From positions 8,254 to 72,253 of the IMG/VR virus record IMGVR_UViG_3300032334_001950: a stretch of 64,000 bases of DNA, one strand, 5' to 3'. Made by a program: the position numbers and the translations under genes. The notes beneath the pieces were generated by a model. That model was not told the origin of the DNA and did no database searches. It worked only from the letters and a program-made list of their open reading frames with translations. The stretch is from a virus. Numbering within the stretch: the stretch's first letter is position 1; every line of letters starts with the position of its first letter. Shown piece after piece: positions 41,585 to 51,032 of this stretch.

Positions 41585-41715
41585 TATAATTTTTGCAATG
41601 GGACGAAAGTTCCAGGCCAGTAATGGCGCGAACCTAGACAACTAGATTTAAGTCCATTACGTCCTGGATCTTTTGGGTCCAGGTGTCAGCTAAACCCTTA
41701 CGCTGAATTACCAAC
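41585..41715 (+). promoter_or_regulatory. capsid-gene promoter and structured 5' leader
   Basis: TATAAT 41585-90, then four hairpins before ATG 41716. Confidence 0.55.
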
Positions 41716-43983
41716 ATGTTTATTGATAATGACTTTCCTAAGCTGTTAGGTGCGGAGCTTTATCGCCCCCACCCGGCTTACATCGTCGAAATGGCCGCAG
41801 AACCGGTTGAATAACAGCCGCCTTTTTGAGTAATCAAAAAGTGATAACCCGGTGAATTGCTGGAAACCCTTCTAAAAGAATTGAACCCTACAACGTAATC
41901 AGTAATGATAAGCGTGATAGGTTGAAAAGTTTCAATTGTCGGGCAATCAGCAGCCAAGCTTCCTAGGAATAGGTGGAAGGTTCAACGACTAGGGTACACG
42001 ATCCAGAACGGATTATGAAACCCATTAGCGCCGGGGCTCCCAAAATTGAATGTAATTTTTAAATTTACGTTCAATGGCAAAATCAGAATTCTGGTAAATA
42101 GCTTGTATTGCCTTGGCATCTTTTTTGTATCCGGGCAAATGAAACAAGTTGCTACCATTTTTGGTAAATTCTGATTTGATCGGCAACTCTACGCTTGATA
42201 TTAATTTGATCCATGTTTGGAGTTGTACAGCAAATTTGATTGACGCGGTGGTGATTTTAAAGCGGCGATCTGTTACAGAACCGTCGCCATCCCAAGCCCC
42301 ACGCAAAAAATGAGGCACTAAGTTTTCTTGCAGTGTTGTCGTGATCTCTAAAGTTTTAGATTTATTGGGTAAAATACCCAATTTCATCAAATCTTTAACC
42401 AAGGCAACTCTACTTAAAACCAATGACTTTTGTGGTAATGATTTTTTACCACGTATTGTTGAAATCTTGGTTTGCAATTTTGGGGCATTTGAGCCCAGCT
42501 CGTTGCGAAATCTTTCAAGAATTAAACAATCCTCTTCTTTTAATGCGATGCGAGCAGCCGTCAATCTAGGATTAATATTTCCATCGGTTGCCAATAGACC
42601 AAGAAAATAAGCCTTTCCTTCTGTATCAATTTTTTCAAAATAACGCTCGTTGTAATTGAAAAAAGAGTAAGTTTCGCCGGCTTTATTTTTTCTAAGCCCC
42701 GTCTGCTCAAAAAAAGATAGAAGGTTGAATTTTTTTCTGGCATTGTAAAAAGCAACCATTGATATATTTAGTTCTTTTGCTGCATCAGCATCAGACATCG
42801 TAGCAGAAAGTTCTGCTACCACTTCAAATGAAAGATTTAAGCGATTGTGCCGAGCCATGGGGAGCGTGATATAGTCTGTGCCCCACCGATGACAAAGGTG
42901 GGGAACAATGGATTGGGAAGCTCAATCCTAGCACGTGTTGTTCATGACTTCACCAAACAGCCTGGCCAAACCGTTCAGCTGGACCGGTACCGTTTCTGGG
43001 GTAACCCCGGTACCAAGGCCAACCGTGAGCGTACCCAGGACCAGACCATTGGTACCGCTAACAGCCGTTCCATTGTGAAGGACAAAGTTCTGGTGTCTCT
43101 CCGCGAGTACACTGGTCCTGCCGACCCGAACAATGCCAACGCTCCCAGCACCTTTAAGATTGCTCGGGAAACGCTGATGACCGCTCAGCGCTTGCTGCTG
43201 GACACCGGGAACCTTAACATGTTCCACCAGTCCATTGGTTCGCTGACCCTGCTGGATGACTACCGCCGCTGGCGTGATCGCGTGCTGCTGGACGAACTGT
43301 ATAAGTCCTTCTCACGCGGCCAAGCCTCCGATACCCAAGGTGGTTACTACTACCCCAACAACCACACCAACTCCAGTGGTACCGTTAGCACCTACACTGC
43401 TACCGAATATGCTTCTGAGCGTTACAAGTTTAACGTGAAGAGCGACCTTCTGGAAGTTGTCAAAGGTCTGCGTAAGCGTAACGTTCCCGTCTTCCAAGAT
43501 GGTTACTACCGCTGTATTGCTGATCCCTCCTTCATGAAGGATCTGCGTGCGGACCAAGGCTTCCGTGAAGTTGCGCGTTACCCTGGCATGGGCCAAGGCA
43601 ACCCCATGATGGGCGCCATGGGTCCCAACCAAGCCATCTACGGTGGTGGTCAATACGGCCAAGCTGCTTTTGTGGCTGGTGAACCGATCATGCCTACCGG
43701 CTTTGTGTTTGAAGGTGTTCGTTTCTTCGAATCGACCAACTTCACCAACCTGACCGTCACCTGCGACATCAACGATGGCGCTGGTTCCACGACCCACACC
43801 ACGCCTCCCGGCCTGTTCTTCGGTCCCCAGGCTGTTGGTATCGGTATCGGCGGCCCCAATGCTCAAGTCCTCATTAACAACAACGACGACTTCAGCCGCT
43901 TTATCATCCTGATTTGGCAGCTGTACGCCGGTTTTGCTAACCTGAACAAGGACTTCTGCACCGTCGCATTCACCATCGTTTGA
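41716..43983 (+). CDS. major capsid protein, split: join(41716..41807,42936..43983), 379 aa
   Basis: Exon 1 MFIDNDFPKLLGAELYRPHPAYIVEMAAEP joins in frame to give EPVVVHDFTKQPGQ; strongly biased codon usage; G..FEGVRFFES and FFGPQAVG motifs; position after portal/scaffold. Confidence 0.88.
41808..42935 (+). mobile_element. self-splicing group I intron (1128 nt)
   Basis: P1 with U.G at the 5' splice site; P AATTGCTGGAAA 41855, Q AATCAGCAGC 41945, R GTTCAACGACTA 41980, S TGATATAGTC 42867; P3, P7, P8, P9; terminal G 42935; 8-bp P10. Confidence 0.93.
42025..42858 (-). CDS. intron-encoded double-motif LAGLIDADG homing endonuclease (antisense orientation)
   Basis: AYFLGLLATDG and HFLRGAWDGDG motifs; AT-rich; lies in the P8 loop. 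Confidence 0.9.
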   Translation of the reverse strand: MARHNRLNLSFEVVAELSATMSDADAAKELNISMVAFYNARKKFNLLSFFEQTGLRKNKAGETYSFFNYNERYFEKIDTEGKAYFLGLLATDGNINPRLTAARIALKEEDCLILERFRNELGSNAPKLQTKISTIRGKKSLPQKSLVLSRVALVKDLMKLGILPNKSKTLEITTTLQENLVPHFLRGAWDGDGSVTDRRFKITTASIKFAVQLQTWIKLISSVELPIKSEFTKNGSNLFHLPGYKKDAKAIQAIYQNSDFAIERKFKNYIQFWEPRR

Positions 43984-44000
43984 TAGGAGGTAACTAACTC

Positions 44001-44855
44001 ATGGCTCTCTACAAAACTAATGCTGGCGCCGTACTTTACCCCGGCGATCAGATTAACCGCCTGTCTGGCTACAACAACGAAGGTGTCTTTGGTTGGCCTG
44101 GTATTGAGGCGTATGAAATCGTTGGTTACGTGCCCATCTCAAGCAGCACGGCAGCCAAGACTTTCACGACCATTACCGTCCCTTCACCCGATCGTCGTAC
44201 TGATGACCGCGTGCGTGACAACCTGAGTGCGATCACTGTGCCTGCTTCCAGCAGCCAGCCTTCGTACATCTATGGTGCTTCTATTGCTATTGCTCAGGAC
44301 ATTCCTTCTGGCTCTGGTAATGGCGCCCTGCCTGGCTTCCCTGGCGTGCCTGTGACTGCTGATCTCGTTGGCACCACTAGCGACCTGCTGCTGTTTGGCC
44401 CTGATAACTCCGGCGTCCCCGCTGGTGTTTCTACCGCCAACAAAGCACTTGGTATCGGTAACGCTGTTGCCTACCTGACTGTTGCTTCTAGCGCCCTGAC
44501 CCAGGGTACTAATGCGCTGTCCAACGGTAACGCCACCGCCGGCTCGCTGCCTTTCGCCAGCTCCGTGACCTCTGGTGGTATTCTTGCTGCGGATTTCTAC
44601 AGCTCGATGTTCTACAAGGTCACCGCTGATACCACCTTCGGTGTGTACAGCGTGCTGACGGCTGCCGCCACGACCGCCAACGGTTCCGGCGTTAACATCA
44701 GCGCTGCCAACGTAACCGCCAACAAAACCGGTTACATTGTGTGCCGCATCAACTATCTGCGTCCTGCCGATGCTGCTAGCTGGACTGACATCCAGGGCTT
44801 CATCGACTTCAAGTCGCAGATTGGTGGTGATGACGGTGCCGGCGTGAACGGCTGA
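44001..44855 (+). CDS. abundant virion structural protein (minor capsid or decoration candidate)
   Basis: Strong SD AGGAGGT, capsid-like codon bias, immediately after the MCP. Confidence 0.65.
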   Translation: MALYKTNAGAVLYPGDQINRLSGYNNEGVFGWPGIEAYEIVGYVPISSSTAAKTFTTITVPSPDRRTDDRVRDNLSAITVPASSSQPSYIYGASIAIAQDIPSGSGNGALPGFPGVPVTADLVGTTSDLLLFGPDNSGVPAGVSTANKALGIGNAVAYLTVASSALTQGTNALSNGNATAGSLPFASSVTSGGILAADFYSSMFYKVTADTTFGVYSVLTAAATTANGSGVNISAANVTANKTGYIVCRINYLRPADAASWTDIQGFIDFKSQIGGDDGAGVNG

Positions 44856-44902
44856 TAAAGGTTAAGTCAGTTAATGTACTGGTAGTTGCATTCAAACCTT
44901 AA

Positions 44903-45343
44903 ATGCTTTACCAGTACAAGCTGACGGGCGGTCTCGTTGAAGTCCTTTCGGATTATGGTGACGGGATCGTAATGTGCGTCGATGCGCAGGACGAGGTTCA
45001 TTATCTTGAAAAAGAGAACCTCGTCCCGCATCTTTCCGCAACCAACGAAAAAGAACGTAACACGGAACGGTTGCGTGAAGTATTGAAAGAAGATGGCGTT
45101 AATCCCCCTGAGCCATCAAATAAGGAAACTTTTCCTTTGGATGTTCGGTTGAACATTAATACTGCCAGCGCCAGGCAAATTGCAGATACATTGCCAGGTG
45201 TTGGTCTTAAAACAGCACGCGATATTAAAGACTTACAAACATCGATGCCTGGCGAAAAATTTGTACGCCTAGATCAACTCAAAAGCATCAAGCGAGTAGA
45301 CTGGGATGAGATTATCAAAGAGAACTTAGTTCGCGTTGAATAA
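44903..45343 (+). CDS. helix-hairpin-helix (ComEA-like) DNA-binding protein
   Basis: LNINTASARQIADTLPGVGLKTARDI. Confidence 0.75.
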   Translation: MLYQYKLTGGLVEVLSDYGDGIVMCVDAQDEVHYLEKENLVPHLSATNEKERNTERLREVLKEDGVNPPEPSNKETFPLDVRLNINTASARQIADTLPGVGLKTARDIKDLQTSMPGEKFVRLDQLKSIKRVDWDEIIKENLVRVE

Positions 45344-45822
45344 TGCAACTTGACACCTTCTACCAGTCAAAAGTACGCTGGCACCTGGGGTATAACATTA
45401 CCTCGGTGCCGGCTGGCGACCAAGCTCGGCTGGCAGAAGCATTAAACAACATTCAAGATTCTTTTTGGTATAGCAAGATTGTAGAGCAAATTGGTCGGTG
45501 TGATGAAGCGGAAAAGCGCACCGACATGACAGGTAGCGTCAATAATACCGAAGTCCCTAAGGGGCGGTTGGAGAATATTGCCGGTGACGTGACACGAACA
45601 ATCAGCACCACGGACTTTAAGGATACCTTGAAGACGTGGATTCAAATTTACATGTTCGAAACCGATAGGTTGGCGTTGCATCTTTACGTGCCAAACTATC
45701 GCAATCCTGAACAGGCACGTTATCGTTTTGAACGAGAAGGTGCAGAGTTTATCCAGGCATTGCCAGGCCCTGCGGACGTTTCAATTGGTACACGTATCCG
45801 CTTCATGGAGGAGCTTCGTTAA
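45343..45822 (+). CDS. probable head-tail adaptor/connector
   Basis: Position, size and KVRWHLGY N-terminal helix. Confidence 0.5.
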   Translation: MQLDTFYQSKVRWHLGYNITSVPAGDQARLAEALNNIQDSFWYSKIVEQIGRCDEAEKRTDMTGSVNNTEVPKGRLENIAGDVTRTISTTDFKDTLKTWIQIYMFETDRLALHLYVPNYRNPEQARYRFEREGAEFIQALPGPADVSIGTRIRFMEELR

Positions 45823-45824
45823 TC

Positions 45825-46568
45825 ATGGCGTCAAACATTGGTACATTACAACAGGCTGATCGTCAAGCAATCTTTAATTCTGCGCAAAGATTGGGCGTCG
45901 ATCCTTATCAATTGGGTGCAGTCATAAATCAAGAATCTGGTTTCCGTCCTAATCAATATGGGGGGGCCAACGGGAAGTATTATGGGCTTATTCAATTTGG
46001 CCCAGATGAGCAGAAACAATACCTTGACCAAAAACAAATGAATCACTATTCAATTGCTGCGCAAATGCCAGCAGTTGAAAATTATTTAACGGGCAGAGGT
46101 TATAAACCTGGTATGGGGGTGGCAAAGCTTTATGCAACAATATTGGGAGGCAATCCAGGCGTTTCTTTAACAGCAAAAGATGCTTTTGGTACCTCGGTGG
46201 CAAGTTCTTTGCCAGGATTTCAGCCCGGTGGTGCATCTTATAAACAAGCGCAAGCTGCATTAGGAGGTGCTCTGCCAAGTAATGCCGAAAATTTCCCAAC
46301 ACAGCCAGGTACCTCAGCATTAACTGCGCCCCCCTCTTTTTCTCCTTCCCCTGTCCCCACCGATTTTTTAAATACATTTGTCAATAATTTGCTTGTCAAA
46401 CCGGAAAAGGGTGATGATGGATTTGGTGGACTCACGCAGCCTATCGTTTCAGGTGCTACAGCTCCCATGTTAGTTCTTGATCCCGCTACACAACGCATGG
46501 TTGCTACAACACCGTTAACTATGACGCCGGAGTATCAAGCATTTGCAAGCCGTTTCATTGCAGGCTAA
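45825..46568 (+). CDS. virion-associated lysozyme-like / lytic transglycosylase domain protein
   Basis: LGAVINQESGFRP..YYGLIQFG catalytic Glu motif; low-complexity tail. Confidence 0.7.
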   Translation: MASNIGTLQQADRQAIFNSAQRLGVDPYQLGAVINQESGFRPNQYGGANGKYYGLIQFGPDEQKQYLDQKQMNHYSIAAQMPAVENYLTGRGYKPGMGVAKLYATILGGNPGVSLTAKDAFGTSVASSLPGFQPGGASYKQAQAALGGALPSNAENFPTQPGTSALTAPPSFSPSPVPTDFLNTFVNNLLVKPEKGDDGFGGLTQPIVSGATAPMLVLDPATQRMVATTPLTMTPEYQAFASRFIAG

Positions 46569-46610
46569 TAGAGGATGCACTTATAGTAGTAAAAGCAAAT
46601 AATTAAGATT

Positions 46611-47327
46611 ATGGGGCAATCTAATAGGGCTGGGGCCGTATCCAGTAGTTCATCACTGCCTTCACAGCAGATTTCCAAAAGAGTTTCTACCGCAGCGCCC
46701 TTAAGCATCGTTTCAGCTTTGCCATTACCGGAAACACAAAAACAAGCTGCCCAATTATTAGAATCCACTGCAGATCTGGGTAGCGCGGATACAATTAGGA
46801 TGGCTGGAGAATTGTACGGGAAAAACCTCCCCGGTGGGTCCAATAAATATACGGCGTATGGCGCATCAACCTATTAAACAACTTAACCACAAATGGCGCA
46901 TACTCGCTCTGGTCAAATTCAATCATCTTTTTCAGGTGGAGGCGGTCGCGGACCGGAAAAACGCACGCGAATGGCCGGCGATAAGCTTCATTTGATCATG
47001 GGCGGAGAAGGTGCCAATGTATTCCGAGGCTTACATTTATCCGGGGACTATACCCCACTGATGCCGCCAGCACCCCCTGGTACAATTGATATCGGTTCTG
47101 CCGAGCAAACACTGCTTTGATTGTTAGGACTAAAATACGGATAGCGTAACCTTTTACTGTTTGTAATGGCTTCAAAAATGCCCCCGGAACTCCTTGCCCA
47201 TTTTAAGAAAAAAGCAGGGGAAAAAACGGAAGGCCGTGATGAGCCAAAAGAAAGCGATAAAGAAAAGCGCAGAGAGGCTGTGAAGAAAGCCCGACTTAAA
47301 CTTGAAGAGCGAAACAAAAAGAAATAA
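46611..47327 (+). CDS. three small proteins (46611-46877 and 46893-47120 with RMAG; 47166-47327 highly charged)
   Basis: Co-oriented short ORFs. Confidence 0.6.
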
Positions 47328-47372
47328 TTGATTGCGCTACAATACAGCTAAGAACCCCTGGTCAAGAAGAAC

Positions 47373-48143
47373 GTGTCATCTACAAGCACAAATAAACAGC
47401 CTATGATGATTGACCGTCCGTTGCTGGACAGCACGTTGGTGACGGTTGCATCGGGCCAATCTTTTGCCACAAGCCTTATTCCTACAGCAATTGGTAATGC
47501 AACGCAGCTTATTGACGTAAATACTGCGGGTACGGATAATTCCATTAGCGGTGCATATATTGATGAAATTTGGCTCCAATACAGCCAATTTTCCAATAAT
47601 TATTTTGCCCCGGTTACCGGCTCTGGGGGCACCTATAATCAAGTTGGCACTGCTTTAACTGTTACCTACGCTAACCACAACCTCCAGGTTGGTCAAAAAG
47701 TGTACTTGGATTACACGACTGGCAGTGGCGTGGATGAAATCCTTACAGTTACAGCAATCACCGCAAATACGTTCACTGGCGTTAGTGCATCAACACTAAC
47801 TACCAGCGGCAACGTAACATTCTATCCCCCAACGGACTTTTGTTTTTACCTTGTTAACGTAAGCAGTATTACAAGCATTAATCAATTTTTACCTCTTTTC
47901 ACAGTAAGTATTCCCAGCATTGCGGCAAACGCCAACTATAGTTTGACTTTGAATAGTATTTTGCCTTTGGTTAACCAACCTGTTGTGCATAGTGGATCAA
48001 ATTTTACTAGCGCTAATAGCACCGTATCACCAAAAATGCGTGGGCTGATGATTGGTAACGGGTCTGCTTTGTATGCCGCAGTGGGTGGCACCACAGCACT
48101 TACAAACGGTTTCTATATCAACTTGCAAGGCGGCTACTATTGA
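47373..48143 (+). CDS. virion structural protein with beta-rich insert
   Basis: Thr/Ser-rich; TVT..NHNLQVGQKVYL module shared with 48153 and 59071. Confidence 0.65.
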   Translation: MSSTSTNKQPMMIDRPLLDSTLVTVASGQSFATSLIPTAIGNATQLIDVNTAGTDNSISGAYIDEIWLQYSQFSNNYFAPVTGSGGTYNQVGTALTVTYANHNLQVGQKVYLDYTTGSGVDEILTVTAITANTFTGVSASTLTTSGNVTFYPPTDFCFYLVNVSSITSINQFLPLFTVSIPSIAANANYSLTLNSILPLVNQPVVHSGSNFTSANSTVSPKMRGLMIGNGSALYAAVGGTTALTNGFYINLQGGYY

Positions 48144-48152
48144 TCAATTGCC

Positions 48153-50594
48153 ATGGCTCAATTTGACGGGTTTACCGGCAAATTTAACGACAGCATAACA
48201 AAAGGATTCAATAGTCCTGGAGATAAGATATCTGCACTCAGTAATTACGGAGTTGCTGATAATCCTTTTAAGTTTACGCCGCACAAAGATGATTTCAAGA
48301 GTCGTATTCGTTTTTACGATCGGGACTCTTTATGGGCTCGTTGGCGGCGTGGGTACGAAATTTATACTGTTATGCAGAGTGTATTTGCATCTGCTTCAAT
48401 TAAGCGTGGTGACATAGGCGATTATCGTTCATATTGTGCCTTTCAACAATATCCAGGAATTTTCATACCTGCAAGGCTGTTTACGTACCCAAGTTCTTCA
48501 ACGGAAACAGGAGAGCATATTGTGGCAATGCGTGACGCCAATGCTTTGAATTTCTACGATTTCGGCTTGCCCATTCTTGGTGTGCGCTACTTGGGGGATG
48601 CTTCAGTTGCCCCCTATTCTCAATCGGGTTTTGCAATAACAGTCTCCATGCCCAGGCACGGTTATCAACTTGGCGATAATATTTACCTATCATTCCTTAG
48701 CGGAACAGCTACTACAGCTACGCTTGCTATTACAGCAAAAACAAATGACACCTTTACATGTACGGCAGCCATTAGCGCAACGACCGTAGGAAATGTTTTA
48801 GCTGCTTTATCCACAGGATTTTCTGACCCCCGCTGGACGGAAACCAGAGCCAGAGTTCGTTATTTACCTGCGCCAAGTAATTCGTTAATTGGCGAAAGGA
48901 TTACTGACCGCATCAGTGAGGCGGATCCTGGCATCACTGCAACCTACTCGCGGACGGTAAGCACTGTAACGGTTACATGTAGCACGGCGCACGGGCTTTC
49001 CACGGGCAACGAAGTCAACTTAAATGCAACAACTGGAAACGTTATTCCAGGGGTGTATTTAATTACCGTAACATCCAGCATTGCTTTTACGGTCACAACA
49101 ATTGAGAATGGTTCAACCAGCGGTAATGCAATTGTGTATCGCTTAATTGAAAAATTTAATTACGACGATTATGTGGGTTATACGGTAAAAGCCCTTGACG
49201 TAACAAATAATGAAATTGTTTGCCAACGTAGCCATAGCTATGGCGCAAAAACTGTTGACACGGTGACAGACATTGTAACGCCAGCTCATCGTGGATTTTT
49301 GATTGGCAATTTTGTTACCACAGAATTACGCTATCAATGCACTTGCCAAGATTACACAAGACGGGAATCGTATGATCTTTACAGCAGTAATAGTAAGAAT
49401 AAATTCCCACAAAGCGCAATCACATCAACCAAGCCGGGCACAATTTTAAATAAAGATAACAGCATTACAGATTTGCGGGAAAATATTGGGGTGTTTAGTG
49501 ATTTGGGTTATGTGGCAAGCAATGATTTCTATCAATTACCTGATTACGGGGATAAGCAGGATACGTGTTACACCGGATTGCAATACTATCAACTGCGCTG
49601 GTGCAAGCATATTTACGCTTCCTTTTTTTCTTTGGTGCATGAAGAAGGCAGTGCGCCGTTAAACATTTCAGGATCTTTTGTTCAATCGGGGACCACCAGT
49701 GTGCTCATCACAGCTTTGAACCACGGGTTAACAGCAAATACAAAAGTGCAACTTTTGATTACAAGTGGAGCGGTACTAAGCGGCCAATACACTGTTAGCA
49801 GCGTACAAGATGACAATACTTTTACAATTGCGTATCCTTACACACAAACCACTTCCGGTTACTGTTCTATTCAAAATTTAAAAGAACATGATTATATTTC
49901 AGCCTGGATAAAAGAACCAAGTGATCATCCAGTAGGGGATGGAGCGGATTTGTTCTACACAAACCTAAGAAAAGAACATTCGCGTGTTAAGCAAGGCGCC
50001 GAACGTCTTGCTATGTTAAAAATGGGTAAAGATTGGCGTGGTGCAACACAAACCAAAGATTTTAAAAATCAACCACAATCTACCGGCAATTATCAACCTT
50101 ACATACTCACGTCCTTATTAACCGATAACATTCAGCGCGACGCCAGCGGAAATATTGTAGCTACAGCCGGGACAATTCAAAATAGCACCCAACGCTTGAT
50201 TTCCGTTGTCAGCAAGGTTGTGAACTTGAACCCAACACTTATTGTCAGCACAAAGTTTGGATTTTTAAATGAACCGTTAATTAATTACACGAATAATTAT
50301 CAATTTGGTTTAATTGATTCAGGTCAATACTTGAATGGGATTCCCACGGATCTACTTAATACGCTAGTGGCGGCAGGTTCTTTTATCATCGGAGCCTGGT
50401 ATGTCATTGATGTCGTCGGCACCACGGACTTCACGGCTATCGGCGCAGCATCCAATGACCAATACATTGAATTCCAGGCAACTGGAGTGGGATCCGGTAC
50501 CGGAACAGCGGTTGCAATGAGTACAATAGATTGCAGCACCTACGATCCACTTACGGCTCAGACTACCGTAATCGATTGCGGCACCTACGATTAA
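48153..50594 (+). CDS. large virion-type protein with three HGL..G beta-modules and a SWIM-like zinc finger
   Basis: YQCTCQDY...WCKHIYA; HGYQLGD, HGLSTGN, HGLTANT repeats. Confidence 0.65.
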   Translation: MAQFDGFTGKFNDSITKGFNSPGDKISALSNYGVADNPFKFTPHKDDFKSRIRFYDRDSLWARWRRGYEIYTVMQSVFASASIKRGDIGDYRSYCAFQQYPGIFIPARLFTYPSSSTETGEHIVAMRDANALNFYDFGLPILGVRYLGDASVAPYSQSGFAITVSMPRHGYQLGDNIYLSFLSGTATTATLAITAKTNDTFTCTAAISATTVGNVLAALSTGFSDPRWTETRARVRYLPAPSNSLIGERITDRISEADPGITATYSRTVSTVTVTCSTAHGLSTGNEVNLNATTGNVIPGVYLITVTSSIAFTVTTIENGSTSGNAIVYRLIEKFNYDDYVGYTVKALDVTNNEIVCQRSHSYGAKTVDTVTDIVTPAHRGFLIGNFVTTELRYQCTCQDYTRRESYDLYSSNSKNKFPQSAITSTKPGTILNKDNSITDLRENIGVFSDLGYVASNDFYQLPDYGDKQDTCYTGLQYYQLRWCKHIYASFFSLVHEEGSAPLNISGSFVQSGTTSVLITALNHGLTANTKVQLLITSGAVLSGQYTVSSVQDDNTFTIAYPYTQTTSGYCSIQNLKEHDYISAWIKEPSDHPVGDGADLFYTNLRKEHSRVKQGAERLAMLKMGKDWRGATQTKDFKNQPQSTGNYQPYILTSLLTDNIQRDASGNIVATAGTIQNSTQRLISVVSKVVNLNPTLIVSTKFGFLNEPLINYTNNYQFGLIDSGQYLNGIPTDLLNTLVAAGSFIIGAWYVIDVVGTTDFTAIGAASNDQYIEFQATGVGSGTGTAVAMSTIDCSTYDPLTAQTTVIDCGTYD

Positions 50595-50606
50595 CCCCAT
50601 TTTGCC

Positions 50607-51032
50607 ATGACGGAACAGGTTTTAAGTCGGCGCTCTTCACTTTTATACGATCGCCCTTTGCCGACACGGTTGGGACCCGCTGAGATCGCGGTAAACAACA
50701 ACCCTGGCGACCCTGGCCTTTACTTTGCGGACAACACCGCATCGCCCAGTACAGGGCTCATCAAGGTCGGCCCAATTTTCATCGGTAGTACGGCCCCAAA
50801 TCTCCTCCCGACAGGCTACACAGGACTTTCCAAGGGGGAATCCTGGCTAGATACAGTAAGCACTCAAATCTTTAAAATTTATGATGGAGCTGCTTGGCAA
50901 ACCAATAAGGCTGTAGCGTCTATTTTTGCAGGCAAACCCTCTAACCCCGTCAACGGGCAACTGCATTATGATAAAACTTTAAGCACAATGTATGTTTATG
51001 ATTCAGCCAGTTCGTCTTGGCTGGCGACTTAA
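50607..51032 (+). CDS. tail/fibre-associated structural protein
   Basis: RP.PT.L...EIAVN and GESWLDT/GQLHYD repeats. Confidence 0.6.
   Translation: MTEQVLSRRSSLLYDRPLPTRLGPAEIAVNNNPGDPGLYFADNTASPSTGLIKVGPIFIGSTAPNLLPTGYTGLSKGESWLDTVSTQIFKIYDGAAWQTNKAVASIFAGKPSNPVNGQLHYDKTLSTMYVYDSASSSWLAT

Noticed and set aside
42847-42935. Track ORF start MPSHGERDIVCAPP... for the capsid protein
   Set aside because: These codons are intron sequence (S element and P9); the real N-terminus is exon 1 at 41716
44903-45343. Photosystem PsbU-like auxiliary gene
   Set aside because: Similarity is limited to the generic helix-hairpin-helix; there is no signal peptide and it lies in the head-completion block
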